Below, one piece after another: positions 37,480 through 49,269 of a DNA stretch of 64,000 bases. The position numbers were made by a program, and so were the translations under genes. How positions within the stretch are numbered: the first letter of the stretch is position 1; each line of letters starts with the position of its first letter. This stretch comes from Negaprion brevirostris (taxonomy: Eukaryota). Under the pieces are notes generated by a model. That model did no database searches and was not told the origin of the DNA. It was given only the letters and a program-made list of their open reading frames with translations. The stretch covers positions 31,931,888-31,995,887 of the forward strand of contig JARDVH010000137.1 of the NCBI GenBank assembly GCA_030324005.1, in the 5' to 3' direction.

Positions 37480-37789
37480 TCCCTGATGCTAAGCCGTGAA
37501 TTCTGCCAGAATTCTTCAAAGAGAATGGAAAACTGCTGTCTCCAGATGTACAGAGGGAGAGAGACCCAAATGAACCATTTAAAAACAAAACAGAAATAGG
37601 TCAGTGACACCGTAGGGATGGAAACAAGGAGAAAGTTCTCAACAAGTTATTTCCTGGATAATAATTTGTTTTTAACTTGTTCATGGAGAGAGTTACAAGA
37701 GTGGCATTTGTTGTCAATAATTGTCTAAGCCATTGGACATAAGGGAGTAACTTGTTTGCCCATTTCTGTGCACGATTGCAGTTCCATAA

Positions 37790-38285
37790 AAACTAGGAGG
37801 AGGAGTCGGCCATTTGGCCCCTCGAGCCTGCTCCACCCTTCAATAAGATTATGCCTGATCTTTTTGTGGACTCAGATTCACTTATCTGCCTGCTCACCAT
37901 ACCCTTAATTGTTCAAAAATTTATCTATCCCTTGCCTTAAAAACATTCAATGAGGTAGCCTCAACTGCTTCACTGGGCAGGGAATTCCACAGATTCACAA
38001 TCCTTTGTGAGAAAAAGTTCCTTCTCAACTCAGTTCTAAATCTGCTCCAACTTATTTTGAGACCATGCCCCCTAGTTCTAGTTTTGCCTGCCAGTGGAAA
38101 CAACCTCCCTGCTTCTGCCTTTTCTATTCCCTTCATAATCTTATGTGTTTCTATAAGATCTCCCCTCGTTCTTCTGAATTCCAATTAGTCCCAGTCTACT
38201 CAGTCTCTTCTCATAAGCCAACCGTCTCAACTCTGGAATCAACCTAGTGAATCTCCTCTGCACCCTCTCGAGTGCCAGTATATCC
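37790..38285 (-). mobile_element. CR1 LINE 3' end
   Basis: ORF EFRRTRGDLIETHKIMKGI...RRNFFSQRIVNLWNSLP. Confidence 0.88.
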
Positions 38286-39309
38286 AGTAAAGGTTGATGT
38301 CTTGCATAATAATATAAATTATTATATTTAATACAACTTTATTTTCATCTTTCACTGCCTCTATCATCTCGAAATTATCGCACTGCTAATTTGTCATCAA
38401 GGACAGGACATTTGAGATAGTGGTGCTTCTTGTCCAGCCACCCAAAGAGTCAGTGGGGGAACAGATCACTGCCATTGGTGGCAGCCCCACAGTCAATGAA
38501 CACTATGAGGCAGCTCTGGTAGTCCAAGCAATGCCAGCAGTGACCATGGCTGGGACACAGTCAGTCCGCTGATTCTAAATACTGGAATCTCCCAGCCAGG
38601 TGGAGAGGGTGTTCTTTATGGAGAGACATGGGGAGGGAGAAGGAAGCATCCGAGGGTGACAGACTTTTGTGGTGTTAGGGTATCCAATATGGAAAGTGGG
38701 CCTTTGAGACGGGTGTCAACAACACCATGCCCCAGGACCGAGCAATGTAATCTTCCAGACTTCCTTCATAGAAACATAGAGTATAGGAGCTACAGTAGGT
38801 CATTTAGCCCTTCCTTCCCCTGAGCTCTTTCTGACTCAAAGTTGAGCCTGGGTGGGAAGCAGCCCTTAAACATACAACCAGCAGCTTCCTATTTCCCGTA
38901 AGCTTATGAAGAGCAGTTAAAATCCAAAATGGTGCGGTGTTTCTGCCCTTTAACACAGCCACTTCATTAACACCCAGCTTCTGCGTTTCCCAACAATTAA
39001 TGGCAGATGGCTTAATGTCGACATAATAATGACAATCTCAATTCCAGTACTGAAAGGAACATCATATCAAGCCAAAACGTGAGTAGTTGATTTTTGTTGG
39101 TGGTGTTAGTGTGCTTGTTATTGTTGGTGTTGGTGATATAGTTGGTCTAAATGTTACTGCTGTTGGTGTGTTATTGCCGTTCTTGGCGTTACTGTTGGTG
39201 ACTTTCTGCTTTGGTGTGTTTGGTGTCGGTGTTCTGGCTATACTCAGTGCCATTGGGGATGTTGCTGCTATTAATGCACATTGTGTACATTGTCTGCATC
39301 TTTAAGACT

Positions 39310-39520
39310 TGATAACTGTAAAGACTCGCATTCTAATCAGTATTCTGTAAATTGTGTGTGCCTTTAAATGCACTGTTTGTGATCAGACCTCCCACTCACC
39401 TGATGAAGGCGCAAACCCCGAAAGCTAGTGGCATTTACTATTAAATAAACCTGTTGGCTTTTAATCTGGTGTTGTGAGACTTCTGTGTTTACCCCAGTCC
39501 AATGCCGTCATCTCCACATC
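39310..39520 (+). mobile_element. Penelope-like element end with hammerhead-like core
   Basis: cacCTGATGAaggcgcaaaccccGAAAgctagtg...aaataaacctgttgg...tggtgttgtgagactt...ccccagtccaatgcc. Confidence 0.65.
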
Positions 39521-40269
39521 ATGATATATTTCCAAGTCAGGATGGTGAGTGATTTGGAGGAGAATTCCCAGGTGGTGGTGTTTCTGGCATCTGCTGTCTT
39601 TGTCCTTCTAGATGGGAGTGGTTGTGGGTTTAGAGCTGCTGTCTAAGGAGCTTGGTGAGTTCCTGCAGCGAATCTTGTAGATAGTACTCACTACTGTCAC
39701 TCTGGCTCACTCATTCTTCTCGCAGAGATCACATGCAGGAGAAGAGGCATTGTGGTTTGGGGCAGTGACTCGAACATTAAAGGTATCTGCTAGAGCTGCT
39801 ACTGACATGTCACACTCCAGCTTCTCCTTATTATCTGGGTGGGCTCACTATTCTAAAGGGCATTAGGCCAAAACCCTTTTACACAACCTGCAGTGCATCA
39901 ATCAAATGCCACACAATCCATTGGGTTATGTGTAAGACTGGAAACATCAGAAGGATATGTGAAATTGCAATGTCCAATTGAATGATAAATACAGTGCTTT
40001 TCAACTTCATTTTCTCTGTTCTCTTTTTGCAGGAGAAGTTACGTCGTAATCACCGAGAGAGAGAAGACTGGAGAGGGTCGATCTTACTTGAAATAACTCA
40101 TGGTTTTTGAGAAATGAGCAGTTGACAGGCATGGGCTGAGTTAGGGCCATTGGAAATGGGGAGGTGGGCTTTTGAACTTCATCTATTGAGGATCCATGTA
40201 TGTCATCGAAAACTTATGCTCAATGGTGCCTCCGTGTTGGAGGCTGTAATGTCCCAAAAATGTTAGGGG

Positions 40270-40910
40270 TTGTTTTTGATTTGATTTATTGTCAAATGTA
40301 TTAACATACAATGAAAAGTATTGTTTCCTGCACACTGTACAGACAAAGCACACCATTTATAGAGAAGGAAATGAGAAAGTGCAGAATGTAGTGTTCCAAT
40401 CATAGCTACGTTATAGAGAAAGATTAACTTAATGTAAGGTAAGTCCATTCAAAAATCTGACAGCAGCAGGGAAGAAACTGTTCTTAAGTCAGTTTGTATG
40501 TGACCTTAGACTTATGTATCTTTTTCCCAATGGAAGAAGGTGGAATAGAGAATATATGGGGTGCGTGGGTCCTTAATTATGAAGGCTGCTTTGCTGACGC
40601 AGCAGAAAGTGTTGACAGAGTCAATGGATGGGAGGCTACATTCACGACCTTTTGTAGTTCCTTGATGTTTTGGGCAGAACAGAAGCCATACCAAGCTGTG
40701 ATACAGAATGCTTTCTATGGTGCATCTGTAAAAGTTGGTGAGAGTCGTAGCTGACATGCCAAATTTCCTTTGTCTTTTGAGAAAGTAGAGGCGTTGGTGT
40801 TGGCATGGGGGGACTAGGACAGATTGTTGGTGATCTGGATCCCTAAAACCTTGAAGTTCTTGACCCTTTCTACTTCGTCCCCGTTGATGTAGACAGGGAC
40901 ACGTTCTCCT
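40270..40910 (-). mobile_element. Rex1/Babar-like LINE 3' end
   Basis: ORF MSATTLTNFYRCTIESIL...KAAFIIKDP is the typical Rex1-like RT C-terminus. Confidence 0.7.
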
Positions 40911-40911
40911 T

Positions 40912-43200
40912 TGTGAGTTTTAAACAAAAAAAGAAAAAGAATTGGTTTGTACACACAGATGCAAAGTAACACACAATAGGTTTATTGAAAGATGCTTTCT
41001 GCACAGAGCAGAAAATGAAACTAAGACAGAAGTCTGTGAACCACCCTAATGACATGACCGTCAATCATGTGATCAGCTTTTAATGCAATCAACAATCACT
41101 TAAATATATAACATCCCTCCCCCTTTACTTCTGTGGTCATGACAATAAATTGCTACAATGGTATACGCAGGATCAATAATACTCTATACACAGTACGATG
41201 CACCATTAATCATTATACACAATTAATAAAAAAGTCAATCAGGAGGACGTCCGTTCCCCTTTGGTAGTGTAACATGTTCTGGAATTTAGCTATGCTTGAC
41301 GCTAGAAGTATGATTTTAGTAGACACTTCTTCTCTTGGACCTAATTTGGCATCATTCTCATGTGATATAGAAGCTAAGAGACAATCATCAGGCAACTCAG
41401 ATTCAACTAAGTCTTCCATTGAAGAAACCAGGAACTGAAGAAATTGGGAGATGATTCTGAAAATCATTTCAAAATGCCAACAATTGATGAGCATGACGTC
41501 GCCAAACTCGTTCACCTTCGATTTGGCCCATGTAAGAAATTGGACCTGTTTTTGCTAAAACTATGGCTGGTATCCATTTCTCACTTATGACATAATTAAG
41601 TGCTAATTGATCTCCTTGTTGGAATGAGTGTTGTATTGCCCTCGCTTGACTTGAGATTGTTGTTCATACTCTACTATCTCTGAAGTGTGTGGAGATAACG
41701 ACAAATCAACTGTAGTCCTCAACTGTCTCTCTAAATGCAGGTGAACTTAGATTCGCCTCAAAAGTAATGTTTCTATAAGGTACCAAAAAGCTATCTACAT
41801 GACAAGATAATGAACATTGCTGTGTTGAAACTTTTAAAGAATGTTTCAAGGATTGTATGAATCTTTCAGTTAATTCATTGGTTGATTCTATATGCTGAAT
41901 ATTATTTATTTTGAGATAATCCTCAGTCTTGTGAAGTTAACTGTGAACTATTATCACTAACAGTCTATTCTAGTTTACCAAACCTTGCAAACAATTTTGT
42001 CATTTTTCAAAGGTTTGTTCAGATGTAGTAGATCTCACGATAACTCCTGGTCACTTTGGATGTGCATCAGTTATGATGAAGAACATGTAATTCTCAAAAC
42101 CACCAGCACAACCTACATACAATTATTGCCATGGTATTTTAGACAATTCCCAATGATGTAGACAATGTGGTGTATTTGTTATTCATGCACTCCCACTTTT
42201 TCTTCAATCTGAGCATCCAGACCTGGTGACCAAAAATAACAGTGCTAATTCCTTCTTCTGGATTATACCAGGATAGTTGTGCAAGAACTCTTCCATGCAG
42301 ACTAAGAGGAATGATCATTTGGATTCCCCACAATAGAGATCCACCTTGGGTGGTTAACTCGAGCTTCCTTGACACGTATCATTGTGAATCAGGATGTATA
42401 CCATGCATTTCAGTTATCGTTCATTTCAATACCATATCCAATACCTTCCCCATCATTTCTGTTATGTCTCTGAACTTGAGAAGCTGTTACAGACATATGA
42501 TCTACTAGTGAAAAACAAAGAATATTAGCAAGGCTTATCAGTGGTGTCTGCTCAATAGGTAAAGGTAAGCATGATAATGCATCAGCATTAACATGCCACT
42601 CTGGCGATACTTTGTCGTAGGAGTGTGCAGTTAAGGTCAGTGATCACCTTTGCAATCAGCTAACAAATGCATGCCTTCTAATGACCAAAAAATATTAGTT
42701 AAGTGTCAATTATCAGTCAATAATATGAAATCATGACCTTGTAAATAATGATGAAACCTTTCTCTGCCAAATATTATACTCTGTGCTTTGTTTTCTAGCT
42801 GAGCTGAGCATGGTTAGATTCATCACTAGTCAGGGGATGTAAAGTAAAAGCTATTGGTCATTCTTCTCCCAAACTAATTGCCCTCACTCCAGAAGGTGAG
42901 TGTTGCAAGCAAGCAGTAATGGTAGCTTTGAATTAAAATGAACCAATACTTCAGACTTCTGCAAAGTTTCTTTAACATCCTTGTATGCTTTCTCACATTC
43001 TAGTGTCCTGTCCCATTACTGTTTCAAGCACAGCTATATTATTAAAGCCTTTGCATAAATTACTATATTAAGAACAAATGTTCCCTTATAATTTGTTAAT
43101 GCTAGAAAGGACCTCAATTGCACCAAATTTTCTGGATACGGTTCTTTTAAAATAGCTTCTATCTTTTTAGGTACTTTATCTAAGCCTTTACTATCAATAA
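40912..43200 (-). mobile_element. Gypsy LTR retrotransposon remnant: 3' LTR 40912-41113, PPT, decayed RT/RNaseH/integrase
   Basis: Polypurine tract aaagggggaggga directly before TGTTATA on -. Remnant peptides EAILKEPYPENLVQLRSFL, VNADALSCLP, EKWIPAIVLAKTGPISY and VWRRHAHQL. Confidence 0.8.
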
Positions 43201-43239
43201 CATGATCCAATTACTGGACTGGCCACTTCCTTGAGATTG

Positions 43240-43720
43240 CAACAGGAGCCTTCCCATGTGACCACAGTGGTCTTGACGCTGGTTGCTGCAGAGGTTAGTG
43301 CCCATAATGCCCAGAACAGAAATGCCCGGCATTGTCGGAAGAGGATGAATGATCTGCTGTGCTCCACCAGGGTAAGTACATCATCTACTCTCACAGCGAA
43401 GTGACACTCCCAATGGCATCAGGAAATCTAAGTCTGTGGGTGCAGAGGGATGTTACACAGGAGTTTGGGTCCAGCAGATGGGATCGCTGCACTGAATATG
43501 TGACTTCATTCTCTCAATCTCACATCAGTTGCAGGATAACCTGCTTGCTGATCATTTACTGGGAGGAGTGAGGGAGGGAGGGTGCTCAGCAGCTGCAATA
43601 AGCAGGCATACACCTGAACTGCTCACACAACCATTAGGATGACAATCAATCATTCTGTTTTTCAGCAGGACAAGAAAGGGAGCAATCCCAGACTGGAGAG
43701 AGAATGCTGGACATTCATGT
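43240..43720 (+). mobile_element. Harbinger Myb/SANT-like gene remnant with intron
   Basis: VAAEVSAHNAQNRNARHCRKRMNDLLCSTR|gtaagt, then an acceptor tgtttttcagcag near 43668. Confidence 0.6.
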
Positions 43721-43749
43721 CTTCATCTTTGTATTAAATTTGAAGGTGG

Positions 43750-43928
43750 AGATTCTGGCGTTGGACTGGGGTGGGCACAGGAAGAAGTCCCACAACATCA
43801 GGTTGAAGTCCAACAGGTTTATTTGGAATCATGAGCTTTTGGAGCATTGCTCCTTTGTCAGGTGAGTCTGATGTATCTCATCTGATGGAGCAGCACTCCA
43901 AAAGCTCGTGATTCCAAATAACCCTGTT
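43750..43928. mobile_element. Inverted pair of Penelope-like ends
   Basis: Arms 43812-43866 and 43877-43928 are near-complementary. Confidence 0.7.
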
Positions 43929-43931
43929 AAA

Positions 43932-44175
43932 TGTGGAGGTAACTTGATGTGGTTTCAGCACAAAAAAGTTTATTAAACATATATATACAGTCTGACAGAA
44001 CACTTGCACAGACAGGTCTACTCTCTCCTCCCTGGCTCCAACTGAAGGTCCTCCCCATCCAGCACACATGTCCTTCCTTCTGATTGGCAAGGCTTCCTGT
44101 GCGGCTGCTCCATAAGGTCCAGCGTGATCATGTGACCTGCAAAGGATCATCCCTTAAAGGCACCACATTACCACA
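43932..44175 (-). mobile_element. Solo LTR (Gypsy-type)
   Basis: TGT...ACA ends. The end cccttaaaggcaccacattaccaca resembles the LTR end at 48980-49004. Confidence 0.6.
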
Positions 44176-44281
44176 ATCATAGAATCCCCACAGTGCAGAA
44201 GGAGGCCATTTGACCCATCGACCCTTTGCATTCACCTACGCATGAAAACAAGATGGATACACCATTATACGCAGCCACAAT

Positions 44282-47200
44282 GGGCAGAATTGTACGATCT
44301 CGTCACGCCCGCTTTGCAATGGGAAAATGTCGGAAAATCGGGTATGATGCCACTCGTGGGAATGGTGCCCGTTTTCAGCCCATTATAAAGACCATAAGAC
44401 GTAGGAGCACAATTAGGCCACTTAGTCCATTGAGTCTACTCCGCCATTCAATCATGGCTGATGTTTTTCTCATCCCCATTCTCCTGCCTTTTCCCCATTA
44501 CACCTGACCCCCTTATTAATCAAGAACTTATCTATCTCTGTCCTAAAGGCACTCACTGACCTGGCCTTCATAGCTCTCCACAGCAAAGAGTTCCACAGAT
44601 TCACTGCTCTCTGGCTGAAGAATTTTAAAGGATTGTCCCTTCAGCCTGAGGTTGTGCCCTCTGATTCTAGTTTTTCCTACTAGTGGAAACATTCTCTCCA
44701 CGTCCACTCTATCAGGCCTCGCAGGGTCTTGTAAGTTTCAATAAGATCCCCCCTCATCTTTCTAAATTCCAATGAGTACAGACGCGGAGTCCTTAACAGT
44801 TCCTCATACGACAATCTCTCCAATCCAGGGATCCTTCTTGTGAATCTCCTCTGGACCCCTTACAAGGCCAGCACATCCTTCCTTAGATATGGGGCCCAAA
44901 ATTGCTCACAATACTCTAAATGGGATCTGACCAGAGCCTTACACAGCCTCAGAAGTATACTCCTGCCCTCTTGACATGAATGCTAACATTGCATTTGCCT
45001 TCTTAACTGCCGACTGAACATGCACGTTAACCTTGAGAGAATCTTGAACAAGGACTCCCAAGTTCCTTTGTTTTTCTGATTTCCTAAGCATTTTCCCATT
45101 TAGAAAAAAGTCTATGCCTCCATTCCTCCTTTCAAAGTGTATAACCTCAGTTTTCCACATTGTATTCCATCTGCCATTTCTTTGCCCACTTTCTTAACCT
45201 GTCCAAGTCCCTCTGCAGCCCCCCTGCTTCCTCAATACTACGTGTTCCTCTACATATCTTTGTATCATCTGCAAACTTAGCATCAGTGCCTTCAGTTTAT
45301 TCCTCCAAATCGTTAATGTATATTGTGGTGCTAGCACCAACACCTGAGGCACAACACTAGTCACTGGCTGCCATCCTGAAAAAGAACCCTTTATCCCTAC
45401 TCTTTGCCTTCTGCCAGTCAGCCAATTTTCTATCAATGCCAGGATTTTACTCTTAACACCATGGGCTCTTAACTTATTTAATAGTCTCCTATGTGGCACC
45501 TTGTCAAAGGCCTTTTGGAAATCTAAATAAATCACGTCCACTGGTTCTCCTTTATCTAACTTCTTTGTTACCTCCTGAAAGAACTCTAACAGATTTGTCA
45601 GACATGACCTCCCCTTGATGAAGTCGTGCTGACTCAGTCATATTTTATCATGCACTTCCAAATACTCTGCGATCTCATCTTTAATTAGAGAGAATATCAC
45701 AGCAATACTGAGAGTGGATATACCCGAGGGTTCGCTCACTGAGTCTGTATGAGTAGAACTGAGAAATAAGCAGGGGGAAATCACTTTGATAGGTTTATAC
45801 CATACGCCCCCAAATAGTCAGCAGGAAATTGAGGAGCAAATATGTAAGGAGATTACTGATAGCTCCAAGAAAAATAGGGTGGTAATAGTAGAGGATCTTA
45901 NNNNNNNNNNNNNNNNNNNNNNNNNNNNNNNNNNNNNNNNNNNNNNNNNNNNNNNNNNNNNNNNNNNNNNNNNNNNNNNNNNNNNNNNNNNNNNNNNNNN
46001 GTCCTTCAAGCAACTGTCAAACCTCTCGTGCTGCTGATGGCTCTGGCTCCAAAAGGAGACAGTGCAACAACTGTGCGACTTGTTGTAGGACCTGGCACCT
46101 CAGGGCACAGGGGGGTACCTACTTGTAAAGGTGATGGCAGCCTTAAGCTTTTACGCCACTGGGTCCTTCCAGACCACCACTGGAGACCTTTATGGCATTT
46201 CCCAAGCATCCGTCCACAAGTGTGTGAAGGAGGTTATGCATGTCCTGTATGCCCGGGCTGGCCAATATGTTAAATTTAACTTGGACTAGGCCCAGCAGGA
46301 AGCCCAGGCTGAAGGATTTTCAGCCATTGTGGAGATGGTAAATGTGCAGGGAACTATAGGCGCTCGTGAAGAGTCCAGGATGATTCATGAACAGCGAGGG
46401 CTTCCATTCAATAAATGTGCAGTTGCTGTGTGGCCTTCATCTAAGTATCATACACTTCCATGCTCCAGCCTGACTACGCTGTCACTAATGGTCCATATCC
46501 CTTCCTCTCCCGCAAGCTCCAGCGCCCTCTTCTCAAAGGGGGTGAGGATCTGAATCTCAATCTCAGGCACACTACCCCCTGTCTTCACCCTCTCCTGGCG
46601 ATTGTGGGCATTCTTCTCCTGTGGGGGTAGAAGGAGTCATGTAAAATTTGGCACAAATCCTGCAGGGTATCAGGGGATGGCCCTCAGAGGGCAAGGATTG
46701 TGACAGTCTTGGGTAGGAGAAGGGAGGTCCTTGGGGGTCAGGGGCTGAAAGCATACTGGGGGTGGATGCGGGGGGTCNNNNNNNNNNGGAAGATGCTGGA
46801 TGAGGTTAAACACTGACCCTTGCTACCTGGATGAGGTCATTCAGTTTTTTGCGGCACTGTTTCCTGGTTCTCCTGACCAGTGCCCTGGCACTAACACATG
46901 CTGCCACCTCTTCCCAGGCTGTGTTTCCATCCCTTTCTCTGGGACAGCATCCTGCTATGAGGAAGAGGGTGTCCTGACTTGTCGCCACTGCCTCCAGCAA
47001 CTTGGCAAGATCAGCATCAGAAAATTAGGGCGGCGGGGAAGCTGTCTTCCTCAAAGCCGTTTCTTCCTGAACTGCCTGCCTATTTGTCCATCCTTGGAGT
47101 TTTTATGGAGCTGTCCTTTGTTAGGGCAGATCAGCTGCAGCCAGTTTGGATGAGTCACCACATTTGTGGTTTAAAGCAGTTTGCCTTGTTACCACGGAAG

Positions 47201-47648
47201 GGAAACCAAGACAGCATTTGCAGGTGTGCTGATGGCGTGGGGTGGTGGGTGGGGAGCAGACTTGTGCCTCTGTGTTGTTCAGGAGCAGGAGATCATGTCA
47301 GTCATTGGGGGTGGGGGGGTTGATGAGGGGTCATGTCTAAGGCAGTCTCTGATGTCCATTGTGGGGGGTGGGGGAGGCTGTATCTGGCCCAGAAGTGTTT
47401 TATCAGCAGAGCTGTTTCGTCTGCTTTTCCTGTGCATATGCAGTTTGGGGCTCTGATTTCAGCAGCTGGCTGTCTGGTGAATTAGATCCAGCCCACTGCC
47501 TCTAGTGGCTAGAAATGACCTAGCCCATATTTCCAAACACTAAATGCATAAAATTGGGCATGAAAGCTCACCCAAAAAAACGGATCAGGAACTCTCCCCG
47601 TTTCATGCTAGCTGCACACTTAGAAAAACATCTCATAAAATTCCACCC
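44282..47648. mobile_element. Decayed Harbinger DNA transposon: TIRs, 3-bp TSD, transposase (+) and Myb/SANT (-) remnants, nested CR1
   Basis: TIRs gggcagaattgtacga and tcataaaattccaccc, with AAT on both flanks. The + strand at ~46140-46330 reads ALSFYATGSFQTTTGDLYGISQASVHKCVKEV (HARBI1-like). The - strand at 46806-47000 reads AWEEVAACVSARALVRRTRKQCRKKLNDL. Confidence 0.8.
44390..45900. mobile_element. CR1 LINE nested in the Harbinger element (minus 44390-45690; inverted endonuclease piece 45690-45900)
   Basis: ORF DVIYLDFQKAFDKVPHRRLLNKLRAHG on -, and IGLYHTPPNSQQEIEEQICKEI on +. Confidence 0.88.
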
Positions 47649-47949
47649 AATATCACATTTGAGAAACCATAGAAAAAGTCCTGTCGCAAAGTCAGTCAGT
47701 CCAGGGACTTCTGGACTCTTGCAGGATGCCACAACACATACTGGGTCCTTCAGCAAGCAATGAATCTAGTTTGGCAGAAACAAAAAGTAAATTCATCAGC
47801 TCGGGGTGACATCTTCCCCAGTGGCTTCTTCCTCCTCGGCTATAGAAGCCAGAGGCTGCCTGGGCTCCAGAAAGGCTGCAGATAACCCTGGATGTGTAGC
47901 TGGCATATATGAGTCTGTAGCAGGGCACACTTGCTGGTCCCCTAGGTTA

Positions 47950-49004
47950 GGCTTGGTTCTTTTCCTCAAATGATCCACGTGTTTTTCACGTAACAATCTT
48001 ACACTTCCAATGCCTATAAAATTGGTCCTGTTCTCTCTCTACAATTCTTCCCGACACCAGGCCAGTGCACCATCGATCTCGAACGCTGTTTTCTCCTTTC
48101 TTCAAGTTGTGGTGTTCTTTCTGGGAGGCTTGCCGAGCCTTCACCCTCCCCAACAAATCCGAAAATATCAAATACAATTGAGTTCGTGGGTGGTGCCCAA
48201 TTAATAACTCGACTGGCATAACTCCTGTGGTAGCGTTTGGCATGGTATTATATGATAACAAGAAACTTGCTAATGTAAGGTCAGTGGCCTCTGAGCTTGC
48301 TTCTTCATTGAAGCTTAAAATGTTTGTACAGCTTGCTCTGCCAAGACATTCAAGGCTGGGTGGTAAGGGGCTGACNNNNNNNNNNATACTGACTTTGACT
48401 TGGCAAGTTGGTGGAACTCCTCAGCTGTAAATGCTGTGCTATTGTTGGACACTAAGACCTCAGGGATGCCATGGATGGTAAACATCTATCACAATCTGTG
48501 GATGGTGGCTATGGCCATTGTAGAAATGGATCAGATTTTTCCAGGCATTCACTGCCAGCTAGGATGGCGAATTTGGCGCTCAGCCAAATCTCCATTCACT
48601 GCAACTGTAGGATCCTGTTCCTCAATAGCAGGACGTGTAACCATTTTCAATGTGCATCAACTGGAATGAGGAACGTATGTCCCATGGACGCTCCAGTGAA
48701 GTCTATGTGCAGTCACGACCATAACCAGCCCGGCCACTCCCATGGATGCATCTTTATTGGTGGTGGCATCGACTGCTGGGTTTGGCGACTTGCTGACCAT
48801 TCTTTCGATCTCCTTGACAATGCCAGCCCACCAAGCATAGCTTCAGGCCATAGCCTTCATCCTATTTTGTTCAGGGTTTGCATCATGCAAGCTCCTGTAG
48901 TAAAAGCCATTGCCACTGGGGTGGCACTAAAATACATGCCCATAGGGTCCAGCTTGACCACATGGCCTTAAAGGATTGCCCCTTAAAGGGTCCACATTAC
49001 CACA
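47950..49004 (-). mobile_element. Gypsy integrase remnant with LTR end
   Basis: LSYNTMPNATTGVMPVELLIG, LHIDFTG and VWRKHVDHL-like motifs; LTR start TGTGGTAATGTGG at 49004 on -. Confidence 0.75.
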
Positions 49005-49269
49005 ACCCCTTTTGGGGATCAGGCCAGTGAGCTAGCTGGGGAGGAGCAAGCTCATTATCCTGTGTCAGGATAGAATTGTCCCAGGAATGAGAATATCTCC
49101 AGTCTGTAGTTGTCAAGTGGACCCATTGAGTGAGAAATTTATTTAATTGAGGCACTTGCTTAGTCAATTGATCACTCAAATTCTAGCAAGGTACCAGCAA
49201 GAAAAGAAGGCCAGTCAGGGAGGCCACAGCTCCGTATCCAACCCCACTTCTGAAGAGGATTTCTCAGAA

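Noticed and set aside
39062-39305. Thr/Pro-rich 'mucin stalk' ORF (-) and hydrophobic 'membrane protein' ORF (+)
   Set aside because: Both derive from a degenerate (GTT/GGT)n tract next to a Penelope end. There is no convincing acceptor/donor pair on the - strand.
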